Below are positions 60,005 through 64,000 of a stretch of DNA of 64,000 nt, piece after piece. Each line of letters starts with the position of its first letter. Position 1 is the stretch's first letter. The stretch spans positions 186,001-250,000 of the forward strand of contig NMRA01000435.1 of assembly GCA_002633005.1 (NCBI GenBank), written 5' to 3'. Source of the stretch: Phoronis australis (Eukaryota > Animalia > Phoronida). Position numbers and translations under genes: made by a program. The notes under the pieces are model-generated. The model searched no databases and was not told the origin of the DNA. It saw only the letters and a list, made by a program, of their open reading frames with translations.

Positions 60005-60323
60005 GTTCAGTTGAACTACATAATTTTCCACAAACATTAATTAATTAAAGCCACAGGTGAATTTAAAAAAACAACGTAACTTGCATTTGACCACCAAAAG
60101 CTTTATCTGAGGTTCAGCTGACCTACATAATTTTCCACAGATATTAGTTAATTAAAGCCACAGGTGATTTTAAAAAAACAACGCAACTTGCATATGACCT
60201 CCAAAAGCTTTATCTGAGGTTCAGTTGACCTACATAATTTTCCACAGACATTAGTTAATTAAAGCCACAGTAGAATTTAAAAAAACAACGTAACTTGCAT
60301 GTGACCACCTAAAGCTTTATCTG
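60005..60323. repeat. 107-bp tandem repeat, 3 copies
   Basis: Units start at 60005, 60112 and 60219 (gttcagttgacctacataattttccacag...aaagctttatctg). Confidence 0.9.
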
Positions 60324-61833
60324 GTAATTCTTTACTTATTTCAGACAAAAATAATCACCAAAAGTGTGCTTTTTTCGTTTTCAAAAGTTTGCAAAAAATA
60401 ACAGAAACTTTACCAAGTACCATTTTCTGTCATCAAACAGCTACACAGTGCAAAGCAGGCTTAGCCAAATAATGAACTAGTCCGTTTTAGTGGAAAAATA
60501 TACAAAAATGAAATTACACTTGCCTGTCTTATTGTAAATGTAAAATAGGTTAAGAATTATTGCTAAGTTCTACCAATGTTGCAAAGACCATCTGAAGTTC
60601 TGAGCAAAATTTTATTGCAGAATACAAATCATCCAACGGTAAAGATTCTTTATATTCAAATGAAAACTAATAGCTAAAACTGTCATTTTCTATCATTCAA
60701 ACAATTCTTGCATTGTTACGGATGCTCAGAATTTAGTCATGCAGTGACTGATGACAGCTCTGCTAAGATGGTATAAAATTTTCTTCTTGACAATTTTTGT
60801 TGTACTCCAAAATAAAAAAGCATTATGGTAAAAATGACACAAATTTAGGACACAATGTGGTGGACAAGAAAAACGTCATTTTCTCATTTTTCATAAAAGA
60901 CACGCAGCACGGAATCAATGTCTTTCCATGTTCGAGTTCTGCCCCATAACTACTATCAAACAATGTTTTGAAAAGTTACGGGCATTCACAACAATGTTAG
61001 ATCTAGAAATTGAACAAAGGCAATTTCGACAATTATCTTCTACGAAAAGTGGTGCTTTAGTCATTATTTCAAATGTAAGGAGGCATCTGAGCTGACTGTG
61101 ATGCTTCGAGTGTGGGACTGTTAAGAGTGTGTAAAATCAGTTCACACCACCAAGGTAGAACTCAGGGTCACTGACACTCTGGCACTGAGTGAATTAGTTG
61201 TTTCGCAACCGCTGTAAAACTGGGGTTTCGTAAACGCAACTGTGCGGTGGAACCGATCACAATTCAAGCTACCAAAGCTTCTTGTATTCTAAATATACTC
61301 CTTCTTGGTAGTTTAGAAAACGATTTGTGCAGGAAAAATTCCAACAGGCATCACTGTCCCCGCAGAACTTGCCTGCAGGGCAAGACGAACCTTATGCTAC
61401 AGCATAGCAAACATTGCCAATGTTTTCCTAATGATGCTTACATCAACAAGACAGACAACATGTACACATACAATTATGCAAAAAATATAACACACTTTGA
61501 GTTGCCTAGGCAACAGACTCACTCAGATGAACTAAACATTGTCTTTGGCACATTAAAAACAAATCTTGTCAGACTTATCCTTCACAAACGCAAGCACCCT
61601 TACTCTTGCAGGACAAAAGATCCCATAAAATGAAAATTTCAAGGACTGTTTCTGACAAACTGACAATGTATCATGTCATAACTACAACCATATATAATGA
61701 CTAAATGGGCAATAATCACTCCCCATCAGCCTGTCTAAGACAGTGAATCCACAACCATTGCACATGCTCACAACAAAAGCTGTGTCTGGCAGCCAGCGAA
61801 CTAAAACTAGAAGCAATAAGCAGTCTCTGAAAC

Positions 61834-61990
61834 GGGACCATAGTCTTCATATAATGATTTCCATAAGGAGAAGTGGGACCATAGTCTTCACATTACGATT
61901 TCCATAAGGAGAAATGGGACCATAGTCTTCATATAATGATTTCCGTAAGGAGAAGTGAGACCATAGTCTTCACATGATTTCCTTAAGGGG
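61834..61990. repeat. 41-bp minisatellite, about 4 copies
   Basis: gggaccatagtcttcatataatgatttccataaggagaagt at 61834, 61875, 61916 and 61957. Confidence 0.9.
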
Positions 61991-62262
61991 AAAAATTTGA
62001 GAGGATTAGGAGTAGGACACATAGACTTTTGGAAAATGATCATAACCCACGGTTCACAGTGTCGCAAATGTTATACCTGCATGTGCCTTCCATATAAGTA
62101 CCCCCCGGCCCGGCCTGGACCTCCCCCCATGGGAAACAATACTCAGTCATAAAAAGACAAGTACAACAGCTCTCTACAACTTCCAGAGCAAATACAACTA
62201 GAAAGAGTAAACATGCAATGTTAAACAAATCTGAAGGCTGTTACCAACCACTTCAGATCAGT

Positions 62263-62493
62263 TATGGTAGTACTCCACTGTCACTTAATAGCCATTTTTC
62301 AATTTTTCAAAGGCTGATTATTTTACTGCAAATGACCAAAAATTACTAAAAGTTGTGTTATGACATCTACACAGTACAAACCATGCTGGTAATAGCCTAA
62401 AATTTTCCTAATCTTTCTTTTTGAGGAGAAATTTGATAAAATAGAATTTCACTTGTCTGCCATATTGGACATCAATTAAGGGTAATTACAGTA
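62263..62493. mobile_element. MITE family B copy
   Basis: caaaggctgatta...tacacagtacaaaccat...ggagaaatt...ttcactt; ends gtaattacagta. Confidence 0.55.
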
Positions 62494-63237
62494 CCTGTCA
62501 ATTATATGCACAAAAGTGACTGCGCGGGGGGGGGGGGGGCNGGGGGTGACCTCAACCAAGGTCTACCTTCACCATTGATGAGTAATTCAGGACAGCACAG
62601 GTGTGGTAAATAACAAATTAATCAACAGGTTAATCGACTGATAATAGCAGACCATTCAGGAGCCTGCGATGCAGGTTAACTGTAGCACCACAAACACTGT
62701 CCAGACTAGTCGAAATAAAAAAACACCACAAAGACCTTAAGCTTGCAGGTCGATTTACAAATGAGACGGATCCTAAAACTCTAGCCAGTATTCATGATTT
62801 GAAATGCAGTATAGATAAAAAGATTATCTTTGAATTGCCTTAGGTTTTCTCAATCTTGCCTAAGAAAAAACTTGGTTATCATTTTGTGATGCCTATTAAA
62901 CAGTCAGCACTTCTCTCAACCAACATGGACATCAACAAAAACAATGTTTACTGCTTGAAATGATCATGACCAGTAATCTTCAGTTTGTCGATTTAGAGTA
63001 TCAGATTACACTACCATACCGACCCCGTTTGCACACATTTGCCAGCGACAAAAATCCTCAAATTCGACATAATCGCCGGTGATCTTATAATTCCAATCTA
63101 GCAAAGGTCATCAAATTTGCAGAAATACTCAGAATTTCGCCAACTTTTATTTGAAGGCAACTGCACAGAACACACTATCAACTAAAATGCTTAAATCTGT
63201 ATTTTGCTGAAAAATTCAACAACATGAAATTTCACTG

Positions 63238-63522
63238 ACGGTAAAAATTCTCCAATTTAGGACAGTGAAAAATTACTTATTTTGCTCAAGGTCAGAGCTT
63301 TTCCCAAATTCTAGAAATACACAATATCAAGAATCATCTGAAAGACAACAAAATTACCCACTCTGTAGATTGAAAACGCATAGACTGAAATTTGAGAAAT
63401 ATGAGAACGCTAAAATCGCTTTCGTGATCGTCCCAGTTATCTAGACCGAAGAACATTCAATTTTTGCGAGAATTTCCGTGTCTCAAGTTCTAGAGACAGT
63501 TTCACGGTGGAGAATTTTTACA
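63238..63522. mobile_element. MITE family A copy (inverted, internally deleted)
   Basis: acggtaaaaattctccaatttaggac ... gtggagaatttttaca: the same TIRs as 16917-17305. Confidence 0.7.
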
Positions 63523-64000
63523 GGGTATATCATATCATACTTTGGATTAAACTGAAGAAGCTGTATAGTGTGCAAAGGCATGGAGGAACTCTACCATTAC
63601 TTTCCTATGCTCAAGAAGACAGTCAGGACTGTCAATGTTGGTTTACTCAGACAGTCATCAGATAAGCCTATTACAAGTATAATAACCTGATGGCTGATGG
63701 AGAAACCTGGCAGCATGCCAGCCCCACGCCAGCAGGTCTGGTTAACCACACTAAAATTGAGTCGATCAGTCAGCGCAGGAAAGAGATGCAATTTTTGCAA
63801 AGATTGTACCAAGCGTTTGGTATCTGGCTGATGTAAAAATCATGTTTTACTTTTTTATGTGATGGGTGTGTTGATGCGTGTGTCCGGTGATATTTTGTTT
63901 TTGCACGCTATAGCAAAGACAGCAGGGTCTTAAGGATAACATTCCAAAGTTGATAGACAGAGTAAAACAGAATAGAAATGCTGGCTAAGTGATGCATGCG

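Noticed and set aside
61834-61990. Regularly spaced repeats considered as a CRISPR-like array (also 60005-60323 and 13271-13358)
   Set aside because: The units are head-to-tail with no unique spacers, there are no cas genes, and the context is eukaryotic.
62526-62546. Poly-G run considered as a G-quadruplex element
   Set aside because: It abuts an N join, so its length and sequence are unreliable.

Overview
AT-rich eukaryotic genomic DNA with GT-AG introns, most likely from an invertebrate bilaterian (inferred from patchy CpG depletion and several CTCF-like motifs). Four protein-coding loci are supported. (1) The last four coding exons of a PRXL2C/AAED1 (SelU-family peroxiredoxin-like) gene on + (716-4894). 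(2) An intronless 342-aa ORF of unknown function on + (10139-11167). (3) A complete CCDC24 gene on -, with 9 coding exons (23515-15159; 383 aa by my manual splicing). (4) A 2.4-kb terminal exon on - (38546-36109) encoding a STAND NB-ARC-type NTPase plus winged-helix and TPR-like region, i.e. an NLR-like protein. I could not locate its N-terminal exons. The rest is introns and intergenic DNA with several MITE families, a fold-back element, a Helentron/DINE-like element, a tRNA-derived SINE head, small tandem repeats and three single-N joins (19744, 44279, 62541). One join sits beside a 510-bp duplication that is probably an assembly artefact. All family assignments are from manual translation and remembered motifs, not database searches.
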